In this document: one piece after another, positions 29,844 to 40,175 of the stretch
Layout: every line of letters begins with the position of its first letter
How positions within the stretch are numbered: the stretch's first letter is position 1
NCBI GenBank assembly: GCA_040772485.1
Contig: JAXGYC010000007.1
Span: 896,001 to 960,000 of the forward strand
Length of the DNA stretch: 64,000 nucleotides
Direction: 5' to 3'
Source: Sedimentisphaerales bacterium
Lineage (GTDB): Bacteria > Planctomycetota > Phycisphaerae > Sedimentisphaerales > Anaerobacaceae
The notes under the pieces: generated by a model
The model's input: the letters and a program-made list of their open reading frames with translations, nothing else
Told to the model about the DNA's origin: nothing
The model's database searches: none
Translations under genes and position numbers: made by a program

Positions 29844-30470
29844 CTACTCTCTGACGATTTCCTTTCGCAGGGCCTCCAGAGCCCTGTTCAGACGGCTTTT
29901 CAGCGTCCCTTCTCGTATCTGGGCCGCCTGGGCCGCCTCGGCGATGCTCAACTGATCCATGTAGTGCAGCACCACAGCCTGGCGGAGCTTCCACGGCAGC
30001 CGTCCGACGGCCTGGTGCAGCCCGGCGAACAGCTCCCGATCTCCGGCCTGCTGGGCCGAGTCGACCTCATCCGGCGCCGGCTCCACGTCGTTCAACTCAA
30101 CCGGATCGGGATGCTTGTGCTTGCGCCAGTGCAGACGCGAGACATTGCCGGCGATCCGAAACAGCCAGGCGCTGAGAGCCTTGCCCTCGCGCAACTGCCC
30201 GATGTGATACCAGGCCCGCATGAAGGTCTCCTGCGTCAGGTCCTCGCTGGTCTGGCGATCGTGCCCCATGGACCGCATAAACACGTAGACCCGCTCGTGG
30301 TATCGCTCGACCAGGGCCTCGGCCGCCGCCCGGTCTCCATGCCGCAAACGCTGCGCAAGCGAGGACTCATCCTGATCGCGGGTCCGCTCACCATGCAGAG
30401 GAACCACCTTCTGGTTAGCCGGATGCGCCGAACCGTCCTTCTGTTCTACGGACTGTGTGTTTTTCTGCAT
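29844..30470 (-). CDS. ECF sigma factor
   Basis: EDLTQETF, WLFRIA and EGTLKSRLNRA; start uncertain. Confidence 0.9.
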   Translation of the reverse strand: MQKNTQSVEQKDGSAHPANQKVVPLHGERTRDQDESSLAQRLRHGDRAAAEALVERYHERVYVFMRSMGHDRQTSEDLTQETFMRAWYHIGQLREGKALSAWLFRIAGNVSRLHWRKHKHPDPVELNDVEPAPDEVDSAQQAGDRELFAGLHQAVGRLPWKLRQAVVLHYMDQLSIAEAAQAAQIREGTLKSRLNRALEALRKEIVRE

Positions 30471-30600
30471 GATTCCCACGTCGCAAGACCCACTTGCAGT
30501 ATACCGTTTCGGCGGCGGCCATACAATACGGAGCTGTCGGTGGCGCATGACCGTTTCTGCGCTGCTCGCCTGGGCACACCGCCGAAGCACGAATAACGTT

Positions 30601-30625
30601 GGGGCGAATGATGATTCGCCCCTAC
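30601..30625 (-). repeat. Family A REP
   Basis: Reverse complement reads GTAGGGGCGAATCATCATTCGCCCC. Confidence 0.85.
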
Positions 30626-30848
30626 TCCTCGCCGGGCATGAATCGGTCCCCGGTACAGAGGGTCTGACCGAGCCGGATCGCAAGAACGGTCACGCACCCA
30701 GCTATCGGCCCTTGCGGCCGAAACGACTCTTATTGGCACAGGCCTCGTGCTATACTGAGCGGCCAATGGACGAGGTATGCTCACATTACGGCACGCCGGA
30801 CAACGCGTGGCAGCTTCGATGGGCGATCAGGCCCGACGTGCTGCCACA

Positions 30849-31736
30849 ATGAGGCTTGCGGCGATGGACCTGGCCCGGTTCAGCAATAGTGTCAGGCAGC
30901 TCTGGGAACAGACCGACCCGTGTACGCTGTGTCCGCGTCGGTGCGGCGCTCACCGCCACGCCGGCCAAGCCGGGTTCTGCGGGATTGCCGCCCTTCCCGT
31001 CGTCAGTTCGGTCGGTCCCCATTTCGGCGAAGAGAGCGTGCTCGTCGGATCGGGCGGATCGGGGACGATCTTCTTCGCGGGCTGCAATCTGGGCTGCGTC
31101 TTCTGCCAGAACTACGAGATCAGCCATCTGCGCGAGGGCCGGCGGATCGGCGTCGAACAGCTTGCCGATGCCATGCTCGGCCTCCAGCAGATCGGCTGCG
31201 TGAATATCAACTTCGTCACGCCCACCCACGTGGCCGCGCCTATCGCCGCGGCCATCGAGACCGCGCGTGACAGAGGCTTGCGGATTCCAACGGTCTACAA
31301 TACCGGCGGCTCCGATTGTGTCGAGGCGCTCCGTCTGCTCGAAGGGCTGATCGACATCTACATGCCTGATGTGAAGTACGCCGACGCCACAGTCGCCGCA
31401 GAGCTTTCCGCGGCTGCCGACTATCCGCAGGTCTGCTTTGCGGCCGTCGCCGAGATGCACCGCCAGGTCGGCGATCTGCGAATTGAACGAGGCGTCGCCA
31501 CCAGGGGCCTGCTCGTCCGCCACCTTGTGCTTCCCAACAACCTGGCGGGAAGCTCCCGGGTAATCGACTTTCTCGCTGACCGGATCAGTCCCCATACGAC
31601 GATCAACGTGATGGGCCAGTACCGGCCGTGCTATCAGGCCCATGCCCATCCGGAGATCGACCGCCGGCCCACCCGCGACGAGATCGCGTCGGTTCGTGAG
31701 CATGCCCGCGGGAAAGGTCTGACCGTGCTGGACTGA
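30849..31736 (+). CDS. Radical SAM protein (PflX-like)
   Basis: CTLCPRRC, CNLGCVFCQN, DIYMPDVKY and RHLVLP. Confidence 0.9.
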   Translation: MRLAAMDLARFSNSVRQLWEQTDPCTLCPRRCGAHRHAGQAGFCGIAALPVVSSVGPHFGEESVLVGSGGSGTIFFAGCNLGCVFCQNYEISHLREGRRIGVEQLADAMLGLQQIGCVNINFVTPTHVAAPIAAAIETARDRGLRIPTVYNTGGSDCVEALRLLEGLIDIYMPDVKYADATVAAELSAAADYPQVCFAAVAEMHRQVGDLRIERGVATRGLLVRHLVLPNNLAGSSRVIDFLADRISPHTTINVMGQYRPCYQAHAHPEIDRRPTRDEIASVREHARGKGLTVLD

Positions 31737-31743
31737 CACCGTC

Positions 31744-32481
31744 TCAGCCTGTCAAGAGGCTCCGCAACGTCCTGGCGTTGTTGACGGCGTGGCCCTCCAC
31801 ATCGTTGTTGAAGTAGGCGTAGACGGCGCGCACGTTCTTCCGTTGGCCCTTGAGCCAGCCGGCCCATTCTTCGAGCATAGCGTCCGTGTAGTTGCCGGCG
31901 TAACGGCCGGTCGTGCCGTGAAAACGGACATAGACCATCTCGCCCGTCACCACGCGAGGCGACTGGTTGCCCGCCATATCGTGGACGCAGAAGGCGACGT
32001 TGCGCCGGTTCAGCAGGTCGAACGTCTCGTCGTCGTACCAACTGGAATGCCGAAATTCGAAGACCGCGTGCCTGCGCGCCGGAAGACACTCGATGAACGC
32101 GTCCAGCCTTTCGAGGTCTTTGTGCAGGCTGGGCGGCAATTGGTACAACACCGCGCCCAGCGTGTCCTCGAAGAAGTCGATCACCTCGAAGAACCGCCCC
32201 ACCTCCTCGGCGACCTCTCTGAGCTTCTTGATGTGCGTGATGTACCGATTGGCCTTGGCGGCGTACGTGAACCCCTCGGGCGCGGCCTGCCGCCATTTCT
32301 CCACCGTGCCGGCCCTGGGCAGATGGTAGAAGGTGCTGTTGATCTCGACGGTGTCGAAGCGCTGGGCATAGTGCTCGAACCATCGGCTCTTCGGGAGTCT
32401 GTCGGGATAGAACCGCCCCCGCCAGTGGTCATACTGCCAGCCGGAGGTGCCGATCCAGATGTCCCCATTGGGCGTGTGCAC
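31744..32481 (-). CDS. DUF72 (YecE family) protein
   Basis: IGTSGW, VEINSTFY, YVRFHG and YFNND; AGGAGG before GTG. Confidence 0.92.
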   Translation of the reverse strand: MHTPNGDIWIGTSGWQYDHWRGRFYPDRLPKSRWFEHYAQRFDTVEINSTFYHLPRAGTVEKWRQAAPEGFTYAAKANRYITHIKKLREVAEEVGRFFEVIDFFEDTLGAVLYQLPPSLHKDLERLDAFIECLPARRHAVFEFRHSSWYDDETFDLLNRRNVAFCVHDMAGNQSPRVVTGEMVYVRFHGTTGRYAGNYTDAMLEEWAGWLKGQRKNVRAVYAYFNNDVEGHAVNNARTLRSLLTG

Positions 32482-32588
32482 CAGGAGCCTCCTTGAACGC
32501 ATCGCAACACGATCATTATAATCGTCGTACGAGCGTGTACCAACAGGACGCAAAAGGGAATCGGACGGAGCATGAAACTGGAATCACA

Positions 32589-33057
32589 CCCGGATTTCTT
32601 AAGTAGTTGGTGACGTGCAAGCCGGATTTTGATGGCATCGAGCGCATTGGGGCCATTCAAACCAGGTTCCCCCTTCTTTGTGGGAATCCGCAATGGGTGA
32701 AGCACACAAAGAGCCGATGAGGTTCCACTTTGACGAGAGATCGAAGCTCGGATTTCATCGCAAGTGACAGAGGTATGCTTGCCTGTCGAGAGTTTGACCA
32801 CGTGCTCGGTCTGACCTCGACCGTTGATTCGGAGTTGCGCGACATTCGGACGAGCAAGAATACGGAGCAGGGTCTTGCTGCATTGTTCAGGCAGTCGGTT
32901 CACGGCAGGCTTGCTGGCCATGACGACACGTAGGAACAGTTGCGTCAGCGAGACTTGCGGCCATCAGGCAGTGCGTTGGGACGTCCCTCGACGTGTCGTT
33001 GCCACAATCGAGTGGCTTGCCAGAGCGCCAATCATGAGACTACATGGAAGATCTCGG
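32589..33057 (+). mobile_element. Decayed, internally deleted IS1380-family element
   Basis: Broken N-terminal transposase from ATG 32693 (MGEAHKEPMRFHFD / SDRGMLACREFD..LGL..RTSKN..LFRQSVHGRLAG); imperfect terminal inverted repeats at 32589-32607 and 33039-33057. Confidence 0.75.
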
Positions 33058-33070
33058 TTAGCTATGTCCT

Positions 33071-34312
33071 TTGGATTTCGGCGGGGATGAGGTTGTGACG
33101 GACAGTCGCCAGGCACGACAGAACGACAAATGGCGCATGTTGGCCAAGGGGCTCTATGGCCGTATACCACCGTCGTGGCGCCGGCTTCTGTATCCGATAG
33201 TCTTCTGCTATTGGGCATACCAGGAGATCCGGCCGCAATTCTGGATTGGTGAGAGTCAAGGGAGAGACGATGGCCGGGTGATCTCCGTGCTCTGTGTTGC
33301 CGGCAACTGGGACAGGAGTTTTCTATTCCGGCAGGTCTTGGGCAAGCACCACCGCGAGCGGTGCATCGGCCGCGCATGGCTGTGGAATCTCTCGAAGGTT
33401 CTGACTGTACAGGGACAGCGTTGTTGTGCGGTTTTCGTCCGTGCACGGCCCGGCTTTCGGAAATTTCTCGGGCCCCAGAAGTGGATCAACATTCCCGCGT
33501 GGGTGGTGGGCGAGGTGGATCTGCCACTGCCGCGCCACGTCCTGGCCAGCGAGAACGTGAAGAAAGACCTCCGCAGGATACGGAAGAACGCATTGACTTA
33601 TGAAATCTCGCATGATATGCGGCAGTTTGACGATTTCTACCACCGCATGCATGTGCCCTATATAGCAGGGGCTCACGGCGACAGTGCCATCGTGGATTCA
33701 TATGACCAGGCCCGGCAGGCATTCAAAAGCAATGAACTTCTGCTTGTGATGGCCGAGGGAGAACCCGTTGCGGGAGGACTGATCGACTACTCCGAGACAG
33801 TCCCCCGGCTGGTGATGGCGGGGGTGCCAGATGGCAGCAGAGCACTTGTTCGAGCCGGAGTGATCGGGGCGAGGTATCACTTCACACTTCGTCATCTGGC
33901 AAGCCAGGGCTACACCAGAGCAGGTCTCGGCAAATCGCGCGCCTTTTTGCAGGATGGGGTCCTTCGATACAAGAAGAAGCTGGGGATGAGACTTGTCCGC
34001 ATGGCGGAGGGATGCTTCTATCTCAGGGTGTTCGACGATACGCCAGCGGCGGGCGAATTCCTGCGTGAGAATCCGCTGATTTTTGAGAGGGATGGCGTTC
34101 TGCATGGGGCCGTGTTCGTCAATGGGGATGCTGGCCAACTGTCCGATGCGGACATTGCGCAACTGGACAAGCGTTTCTTTGTGGAGGGACTGTCCCGTCT
34201 TTGGGTCGTTTCGCTTGGCGAATCGAGCCGCAGTCTGACCGTGCCGCCCGGAGTGGCGGAGAGAATCACTGTGTGTGCGGCCTCGGAGTTCTTCAAATGG
34301 AACAGCCGGTGA
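33071..34312 (+). CDS. Hypothetical protein with GNAT/FemAB-like C-terminal fold
   Basis: Long ORF, lower GC by eye; KKDLRRIRK, FDDFY and GVLRYKKKLG. Start uncertain. Confidence 0.6.
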   Translation: MDFGGDEVVTDSRQARQNDKWRMLAKGLYGRIPPSWRRLLYPIVFCYWAYQEIRPQFWIGESQGRDDGRVISVLCVAGNWDRSFLFRQVLGKHHRERCIGRAWLWNLSKVLTVQGQRCCAVFVRARPGFRKFLGPQKWINIPAWVVGEVDLPLPRHVLASENVKKDLRRIRKNALTYEISHDMRQFDDFYHRMHVPYIAGAHGDSAIVDSYDQARQAFKSNELLLVMAEGEPVAGGLIDYSETVPRLVMAGVPDGSRALVRAGVIGARYHFTLRHLASQGYTRAGLGKSRAFLQDGVLRYKKKLGMRLVRMAEGCFYLRVFDDTPAAGEFLRENPLIFERDGVLHGAVFVNGDAGQLSDADIAQLDKRFFVEGLSRLWVVSLGESSRSLTVPPGVAERITVCAASEFFKWNSR

Positions 34313-34407
34313 AGGGTGCTGGTTCCGGCGGCGCCGTGCCGACGGACGGCGGAAGGCAGGTTGACGAGCGGCACTGTGCCACAGGGTGGAAGTAGGGGGA
34401 CGGCAAG

Positions 34408-34638
34408 ACGCCTTCAGGATCAGAACAACTCGGAAGGTGGCTGGTAGGCATCGGGGCCGTGATCATCGCGGTCGGTCTGTTGCTGATGCGGCTCGGACGC
34501 ATCGGTCTGTTTCGCCTGCCGGGCGATCCCGAATCCGGGGGCAGGAACTGGCGGGTCTACTTCCCACTGGGCACGTGCATCCTCTTGTCGCTGATCCTGA
34601 CGCTGGTGCTCTGGCTGAGCCACTACCTGCGCCGCTGA
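34408..34638 (+). CDS. DUF2905 family small membrane protein (no canonical start; possible pseudogene)
   Basis: LGRWLV...FRLPGD...VYFPLGTCILLSLILTL; missing from the ORF track. Confidence 0.7.
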   Translation, partial: TPSGSEQLGRWLVGIGAVIIAVGLLLMRLGRIGLFRLPGDPESGGRNWRVYFPLGTCILLSLILTLVLWLSHYLRR

Positions 34639-34692
34639 GAATCGAAGCGATTGCCGCTTTGTTTTCGTGTCTTTCAGCTTATAATCGAGCCC

Positions 34693-36447
34693 ATGAGAAA
34701 CGCGATACTCAGCGCGATCTTCGACCAGATGGCCGACATCATGGAGATTCTGGGGGAGGACCCCTTCCGCATCAACAGCTACCGCAAGGTCTCCCGCGCT
34801 GTCGCCGAGTTGCCGACGGACGTGGGCGTCCTGCTGGAGGACGGGCGTCTGGCCAAGACGCCGGGAATCGGCAAATCGAGTCTGGCCAAAATCCAGGAGT
34901 TCGTCGCGAGCAACCGCATCACGGCGCACGAGGAGCTTCTGGAGCGAATCCCGCCATCGCTGCTGGAGCTGCTCCACATTCCGGGCATGGGACCAAAGGG
35001 CGTCAAGGCCGTGTACGAAGGCCTTGGCGTCAAGGGTGTCGACGATCTCAAGAGAGTCGTCGAGGATGGATCGCTGGCGACTCTGCCCGGCTTCGGCCAG
35101 AAGAAAGCGGCAGCCATCCAGCGCGGGATCGAGTTCCTGGAGAAGTCCACGGGTCGCATCCGGCTGGACCAGGCGATGGAAGCCGCCGAGATGGTCTGTG
35201 CGTGCCTGCGGGACCTGCCCGGGGTCAAGCGTGTGGAGGCCGCCGGGTCGCTCCGTCGGCGGGCCGAGACCATCGGCGACGTCGACATCCTGGTGGCCAC
35301 GGGCAAGGGCAAGTCAACATCAAGAACGAGTCCCGAGCAGATCATCCAGTCATTCACCCAAGCCTCCTTCGTTGAACGCGTCCTCGCGTCGGGCGACACG
35401 AAGGGCTCGGCCATCATCCAGACCGAGACGACGCCGGTGCAGGTGGATGTACGCGTGGTGCCGGACGAGAGTTTCGGCGCCGCCCTTCAGTACTTCACGG
35501 GGTCCAAACAACATAACGTCCGCCTGCGCGAGATCGCCATCAAGAGCAAGCTCAAGCTCAACGAGTACGGCTTGTTCGAGGGGGACAAACAGGTCGCCGG
35601 CGCTACGGAAGAGGGGATCTACAAGAAGCTGGGGCTGGACCCCGTCCCTCCCCTGCTGCGCGAGGACCGTGGCGAAGTCGAGGCCGCTCGTTCGCACGCC
35701 CTGCCCGAACTGGTGCAGATCGAGGACATCCGCGGCGATTTCCACATGCACACGCTCGCTTCCGACGGCAGGAACGAGATCGAGCAGATGGTCGAGGCCG
35801 CCCGCGAGCTGGGATACGAGTTTCTGTGCATCACCGACCACTCCGAGTCCTCCGTCATCGCCAACGGCCAAAGCCCCACGCGACTCGCCAAACAGATCGA
35901 GCAGATTCACAGGATCGGCGCCAAGCTCAAAGGGATCACGCTGCTGGCAGGCGCCGAGGTCGACATCCTGGCGGACGGCTCGCTCGACTTCGACGACAAG
36001 CTGCTCGCCGATCTGGACTATGTCGTCGCGTCGATCCATTCGGGCATGACCAGCCCCCGCGAGAAGGTCACGATGCGAACGCTCAAAGCGATGGAAAACC
36101 CCTACGTCAGTTGCATCGGCCACCCGACGGGCCGGCTGCTCGGCCAACGGGAAGCGATGGACCTGGACATCGCGGCGGTGATCGAGCAGGCCGCGCAGAC
36201 CCACACGGCCCTGGAGATCAACGCCAATCCATACCGGCTCGACCTCAAGGACCTGCACTGCAAGATGGCTGCCGAGGCGGGAGTCAAGCTCGCCATCGGG
36301 ACCGATGCCCACAGCACGGAGGGCTTGGGCCTGATGCACTTTGGCGTCGCGACCGCCGGACGCGGCTGGGCTACGAAGGACGATGTCCTGAACACCCTCT
36401 CGCCCGCAAAGCTCAAGAGCTGGCTGCGCACCAAGCGTCCCAAGTAG
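34693..36447 (+). CDS. polX: DNA polymerase X with PHP 3'-5' exonuclease domain
   Basis: GSLRR...GDVDIL, YFTGSKQHN, FHMHT, ITDHS and TDAH. Confidence 0.95.
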   Translation: MRNAILSAIFDQMADIMEILGEDPFRINSYRKVSRAVAELPTDVGVLLEDGRLAKTPGIGKSSLAKIQEFVASNRITAHEELLERIPPSLLELLHIPGMGPKGVKAVYEGLGVKGVDDLKRVVEDGSLATLPGFGQKKAAAIQRGIEFLEKSTGRIRLDQAMEAAEMVCACLRDLPGVKRVEAAGSLRRRAETIGDVDILVATGKGKSTSRTSPEQIIQSFTQASFVERVLASGDTKGSAIIQTETTPVQVDVRVVPDESFGAALQYFTGSKQHNVRLREIAIKSKLKLNEYGLFEGDKQVAGATEEGIYKKLGLDPVPPLLREDRGEVEAARSHALPELVQIEDIRGDFHMHTLASDGRNEIEQMVEAARELGYEFLCITDHSESSVIANGQSPTRLAKQIEQIHRIGAKLKGITLLAGAEVDILADGSLDFDDKLLADLDYVVASIHSGMTSPREKVTMRTLKAMENPYVSCIGHPTGRLLGQREAMDLDIAAVIEQAAQTHTALEINANPYRLDLKDLHCKMAAEAGVKLAIGTDAHSTEGLGLMHFGVATAGRGWATKDDVLNTLSPAKLKSWLRTKRPK

Positions 36448-36558
36448 GCGTCGCTGCAACACGACCGGCGAACCTGCTGGACGATTTCATGACGATCCTG
36501 CTATAATCCATTCAAACCAGCAGACTTAGCGGCCGATACCAATGCTGGTTCAAATGAA

Positions 36559-38487
36559 ATGACAGAACACAGCGCCCCGCAGAAGAGAAGGCCAATGACC
36601 AGGGCAGAAAGCACGGCAGGCACGACCGGGTCTCGACGCGCGTTCAGACTGCCCCTGTCTGCGGTCTTCTTCGTCGCCTATTACCTGTACTTCGCTTTCG
36701 AAATCCAGGTGCATCTGCTCTACCACGGCGCCGGCTTGATCGACAATTTCCCTGTCTTCTACTGGGGTTGGGACTTCTTCGGGGAATTCACGACCTATCC
36801 AGGGGGCCTTCTCGAGTATCTCTGCGCCCTGCTGTCGCAGTTGTTCTACTACTCATGGGCCGGAGCGGCGGTGGTCACGATTCAGGCGTGGCTGATGTGC
36901 CTGTGTACGGACTACGTGGTCTGCAGGCTCAGCCTGCCGCGATGGAGGGGCCTGCGGTTCCTCGGGCCTCTTCTTCTCCTGGCCATGTACTCGCAGTACA
37001 CATTCCATCTGCCCGAAACGATGGGATTCCTGGCAGCAATTGCGGCCTTCTGCCTCTATCTGAGGCTTGCACCGAAGGCAGAGATTCGCGCAGGCTTCTG
37101 CTTTCTGGCCCTCTCCATCGGCTTCTACGTGTCGGCAGGAGGTCCGTATCTGGTGTTCGCCGTGCTGTGCGGAGTGGCCGAGATCCTCTTCAATGGCCGG
37201 TTCCGGCTTGGCGCAGCGCAATTGGCTGTCGGCGCTGCCACACCCCTGGCGCTGGGCGTCGGCCTCCTCGGGCAACGTCCGCACGACGCCTATTTTCAGT
37301 TGCTGCCGCTTTCATGGAAGATCACGACTTTCACGTCCACGGAACTGATGCGAGGAGCCGTTTGGGCAGTGATTCTCTTTCTTCCTGTGAGCCTGCTGGT
37401 CTTGGGGACTGTCCGCATCCTCACTGCATCGCTGGAGTCGCGGCGGCCGCGGAAGAGGGACAGGACCCCTTCGAGACTGCAATCCATTCGCAAGGCGGCC
37501 GACAGACTGGCGGGCGACCCGCTGCACAGCCGGTTCGGCCTGAACGTGCGGACGGCCGCACTCGTCCTGGCGATCGCTGCCACGCTGCTGCTGTACCGCA
37601 ACCCCAGGGTCAAGACCCTTTTCGAGGTCGACTACTTCTCTCGCCAGGAACAGTGGTCGAAGGTCGTGGAGATCGGCCGCCGGAACCCCTATCACTACCT
37701 CGTCTGTCACGCGGTCAACCGGGCGCTGTACCGCATGGGAAGGCTCGGAGACGAGATGTTCGCCTTTCCCCAACAACCCGAGGCCCTTCTCCTGACCAGG
37801 CAAGAGGCCTATTGGCAGAAGTTCGACACCTGTGTGGACATGGGGCTTGTGAACCAGGCGCAGGACGCCCTGATGATATGCGTTGAGACGTATGGCGAGA
37901 GGCCCCTGCTGCTCCATCGGCTGGCCCGAGTCCACACAATCAAGGGCAATATCAGCACGGCCCGTGTGTTCCTCGGAGCCTTGGCGAAGGTCCCGTTCTG
38001 GAGTCGACAGGCCCGCGCCGATCTGGCGAAGCTCGACACCGATCCCGGCCTGTCTCAGGACACCGCGATCCAGCACTGGCGCTCGATCATGCTCCGGCAC
38101 GACTTCGTGCGGAATGCGGACACGCTGACGCTGCTGCTGACGGAGAACCCGGCCAATCGGATGGCCTACGAGTACGGCATCGCCAGCCTGCTGCTGTCCA
38201 GGAACATCGAGCAGTTCGGGCAAAATGTCGAGAAGTTCCGCCCTCCCGGCGTCTCTGGCCAGCCGAGACACCACACCGAGGCCCTGCTGCTGCACAGGGC
38301 GCTCAAAAAGCTGCCCATCGACGCTCCCGGTCAGACAATCCCCAGGGAGGCCAAAGTCAGGCTTCACGAGTTCTTCCAGACGCTTCAGCAGCATGGCAAA
38401 AACAAAGCCAATGCGATTGCGGCGTTGAGAGCACCGTTTGGCGATACGTATTACTACTATTACTTCCTCGGCGGTCAGGGGGGCTGA
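36559..38487 (+). CDS. DUF6057 family membrane protein
   Basis: YPGGLLEY...QLFYY, multiple TM helices, NPANRMAYEY and GDTYYYYY. Confidence 0.75.
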   Translation: MTEHSAPQKRRPMTRAESTAGTTGSRRAFRLPLSAVFFVAYYLYFAFEIQVHLLYHGAGLIDNFPVFYWGWDFFGEFTTYPGGLLEYLCALLSQLFYYSWAGAAVVTIQAWLMCLCTDYVVCRLSLPRWRGLRFLGPLLLLAMYSQYTFHLPETMGFLAAIAAFCLYLRLAPKAEIRAGFCFLALSIGFYVSAGGPYLVFAVLCGVAEILFNGRFRLGAAQLAVGAATPLALGVGLLGQRPHDAYFQLLPLSWKITTFTSTELMRGAVWAVILFLPVSLLVLGTVRILTASLESRRPRKRDRTPSRLQSIRKAADRLAGDPLHSRFGLNVRTAALVLAIAATLLLYRNPRVKTLFEVDYFSRQEQWSKVVEIGRRNPYHYLVCHAVNRALYRMGRLGDEMFAFPQQPEALLLTRQEAYWQKFDTCVDMGLVNQAQDALMICVETYGERPLLLHRLARVHTIKGNISTARVFLGALAKVPFWSRQARADLAKLDTDPGLSQDTAIQHWRSIMLRHDFVRNADTLTLLLTENPANRMAYEYGIASLLLSRNIEQFGQNVEKFRPPGVSGQPRHHTEALLLHRALKKLPIDAPGQTIPREAKVRLHEFFQTLQQHGKNKANAIAALRAPFGDTYYYYYFLGGQGG

Positions 38488-38489
38488 TT

Positions 38490-40076
38490 GTGCGTAAACC
38501 CTTTGCGGTCAGTATGTTCCTTCTGGTTGTCGCCGCAGGGGTCTGCGCGGGTCTGGTCTATGTGTCGAACCGGGCGGAGCCTGTCGGCAGCTTCGGGGAA
38601 CTCGACCGACGCCCCCGGATTGAGCCGGACTACACTGACGCGGTCATCCCGCCCAACATCGCCCCGCTGAACTTCGTGGTTCACGAGCCGGGAACCGCGT
38701 ACGGCGTCAGGATCTCCTCCTCCCAGGGTGACCCGATCCAGGTCCTCAGCAGAAAGCCCGCCATCCGAATCAGCTCAAAGTCCTGGGGCGCCCTGCTGGA
38801 GCAGAACCGCGGCCGGGAGCTGCGAATCGACGTCTACGCAAAGGGCAGAGATGGCCGATGGAATCACTTCCAACCCATCGCCAATCGGATCGCCGAGGAG
38901 GACATCGACCGCTTTCTCGTATATCGGAAGATGCACCCGACGCATCTGCGGGTCAAAGGCGAAATCGCCATTCACTCTCGCGACCTGACCGGGTTCGGCG
39001 AGTCCACGCTGCTCAGCGGAAAGAGCGTTGAACACGGCTGCATCAACTGCCATTCTTTCGCCGCCAATCGGAGCGACAAGATGCTGATGGGCGTGCGATC
39101 GCCGAAGTACGGCGTCGGCACGCTGCTGGTCGACGGCGACTCGGTCCACGAGATCGGCGCCAAGTTCGGCTACACCTGCTGGCATCCCAGCGGGCGGATG
39201 GCGGTCTATTCCGTCAACAACCTGCCCATGTTCTACCACTCCAGCCGCAACGAGGTGCGCGACACTGTGGATCTCGATTCCCTGCTCGCCTGTTACTTCA
39301 ACGACAGCAAGAAGATAGGCGTCGAGCCGAACCTCGCCCGCAAGGAGCACCTGGAGAACTGGCCTGCCTGGTCGGCTGACGGCAAACACCTATATTTTTG
39401 CAGCGCGCCGATGCTCTGGCCCAGGGACACGCCGAACCCGCCGCTGCTGTACGATCAGGTCAAATACAGCCTGATGCGAGTCTCGTACGATCTCGACGCC
39501 GACCGCTGGGGCACGCTGGAAACCGTGCTCTCCGCGAAAGATACGGGCAGGAGCATTGCGATGCCCAGGTGCAGCCCGGACGGGCGGTGGCTGTCGTTCT
39601 GCATGTGCGATTATGGCTTCTTCCCTACATGGCAGGCCGACAGCGACCTTTACCTGATGGACCTGGCAGCCCGGGACGATGCGGGCAGGCCTCCCTACCA
39701 GCGTCTCGGAATCAACAGCGACACGAGCGAATCGTGGCAGACCTGGTCCAGCAACAGCCGATGGCTCGTCTTCAGCAGCAAGCGTCTCCACGGGGTGTTC
39801 ACCCGGCTGTTCATCAGCTACGTCGACAGCGGCGGGACGGTCCACAAGCCGATCGTGCTGCCCCAGAGAGATCCGGCCTTTTACGAGTCCTGCCTTCTGA
39901 CGTTCAATACGCCCGAATTGGTCACCGAGCGGCCCGCCGCGACGGGCGAAGCGCTTGCCAGGACCTTCCGGAAGCGCCATGAGCTGGCGGTCCAGATGCC
40001 CATCACCATGGCCACCCCCAAGGCCGGCCAGAGCTCCGGCGAATCGGCCTGGCAGGCGCAGGGGCAGCGCGAGTAG
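38490..40076 (+). CDS. TolB/PD40 beta-propeller protein
   Basis: PDYTDAVIPPNIAPLNF, CINCH, WSADG, SPDGRWL and WSSNSRW. Confidence 0.8.
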   Translation: MRKPFAVSMFLLVVAAGVCAGLVYVSNRAEPVGSFGELDRRPRIEPDYTDAVIPPNIAPLNFVVHEPGTAYGVRISSSQGDPIQVLSRKPAIRISSKSWGALLEQNRGRELRIDVYAKGRDGRWNHFQPIANRIAEEDIDRFLVYRKMHPTHLRVKGEIAIHSRDLTGFGESTLLSGKSVEHGCINCHSFAANRSDKMLMGVRSPKYGVGTLLVDGDSVHEIGAKFGYTCWHPSGRMAVYSVNNLPMFYHSSRNEVRDTVDLDSLLACYFNDSKKIGVEPNLARKEHLENWPAWSADGKHLYFCSAPMLWPRDTPNPPLLYDQVKYSLMRVSYDLDADRWGTLETVLSAKDTGRSIAMPRCSPDGRWLSFCMCDYGFFPTWQADSDLYLMDLAARDDAGRPPYQRLGINSDTSESWQTWSSNSRWLVFSSKRLHGVFTRLFISYVDSGGTVHKPIVLPQRDPAFYESCLLTFNTPELVTERPAATGEALARTFRKRHELAVQMPITMATPKAGQSSGESAWQAQGQRE

Positions 40077-40146
40077 CCGGTATCGCACGCCGGAGCCGCA
40101 GAACCCTTGCCGAGCGAAAAACTGCCTCTCTCTCAAGATTTTTTGC

Positions 40147-40175
40147 TTGAACAGGTCTCGTCTCTGGGTTAGAAT
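40147..40175 (+). promoter_or_regulatory. sigma70-type promoter TTGAAC-N17-TAGAAT
   Basis: A homologous promoter lies at 43956-43984. Confidence 0.7.
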
